Origin: Ostrea edulis
Lineage: Eukaryota
DNA: 64,000 nucleotides
Assembly: GCF_947568905.1 (NCBI RefSeq)
Contig: NC_079168.1
Location: 88,226,001-88,290,000 of the forward strand
Direction of reading: 5' to 3'
The notes under the pieces were generated by a model, which was not told the DNA's origin, ran no database searches, and was given only the letters and a program-made list of their open reading frames with translations. Below, one piece after another: positions 63,735 to 64,000 of this stretch. Each line of letters starts with the position of its first letter. Position 1 is the first letter of the stretch. The position numbers and the translations under genes are program-made.

Positions 63735-64000
63735 CTAAAACATACATGTAGTGCACATTAAGAAAGTTTTTTTTTTAACTTGTTGGCTTACAAGTCTGAT
63801 ATGACAACACCCCCCCCCCTCAACTTTTAGAACATAAATTCAAATTCAAGGTTTTTAGTCTAGTTAACCCAATAAAAATCAATACACCCTATATGCCAAT
63901 AAAATAAAAATATGAGAAATATTTGATTGTTTACTAATCTGATTAAATATTATTTTTTGACATAAATGAATGTGTTTCATAATAACCTAATCCCACCTCT

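Noticed and set aside
1-64000. POLD2 and WDHD1 as a co-regulated replication gene cluster
   Set aside because: They are over 50 kb apart with five unrelated genes between them; linkage alone is not evidence.

Overview
AT-rich, repeat-dense eukaryotic genomic DNA with GT-AG introns. The repeat repertoire (Helentron-type elements with ~166-bp central repeats, tRNA-derived SINEs, Penelope-like tails) suggests an oyster-like bivalve; this taxon call is inference. Exon chains were rebuilt by hand, checking splice sites and reading phase. Genes in order: POLD2 (-, 10 exons, last one runs off the left edge); two tandem intact secreted astacin-EGF-CUB metalloprotease genes (-, 11 and 12 coding exons); an LRRC74-like LRR gene (+, 12 coding exons); MRPL14 (-), convergent with the LRR gene; an unrecognised single-pass membrane protein gene (+); and the last exon of a WDHD1/And-1-like gene (-). 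Introns and intergenic DNA hold many non-autonomous TIR elements with clean 5-, 6- and 8-bp target-site duplications (TSDs), nested insertions, minisatellites, a decayed Maverick/Polinton-like remnant and a Gypsy-type integrase fragment. Most interesting items: a 174-bp loopless palindrome of two inverted minimal hammerhead-ribozyme motifs inside an astacin intron; the diverged astacin pair; repeat-driven duplication of splice sites; and the Maverick penton remnant. No CRISPR array, rRNA or genuine tRNA gene was found.
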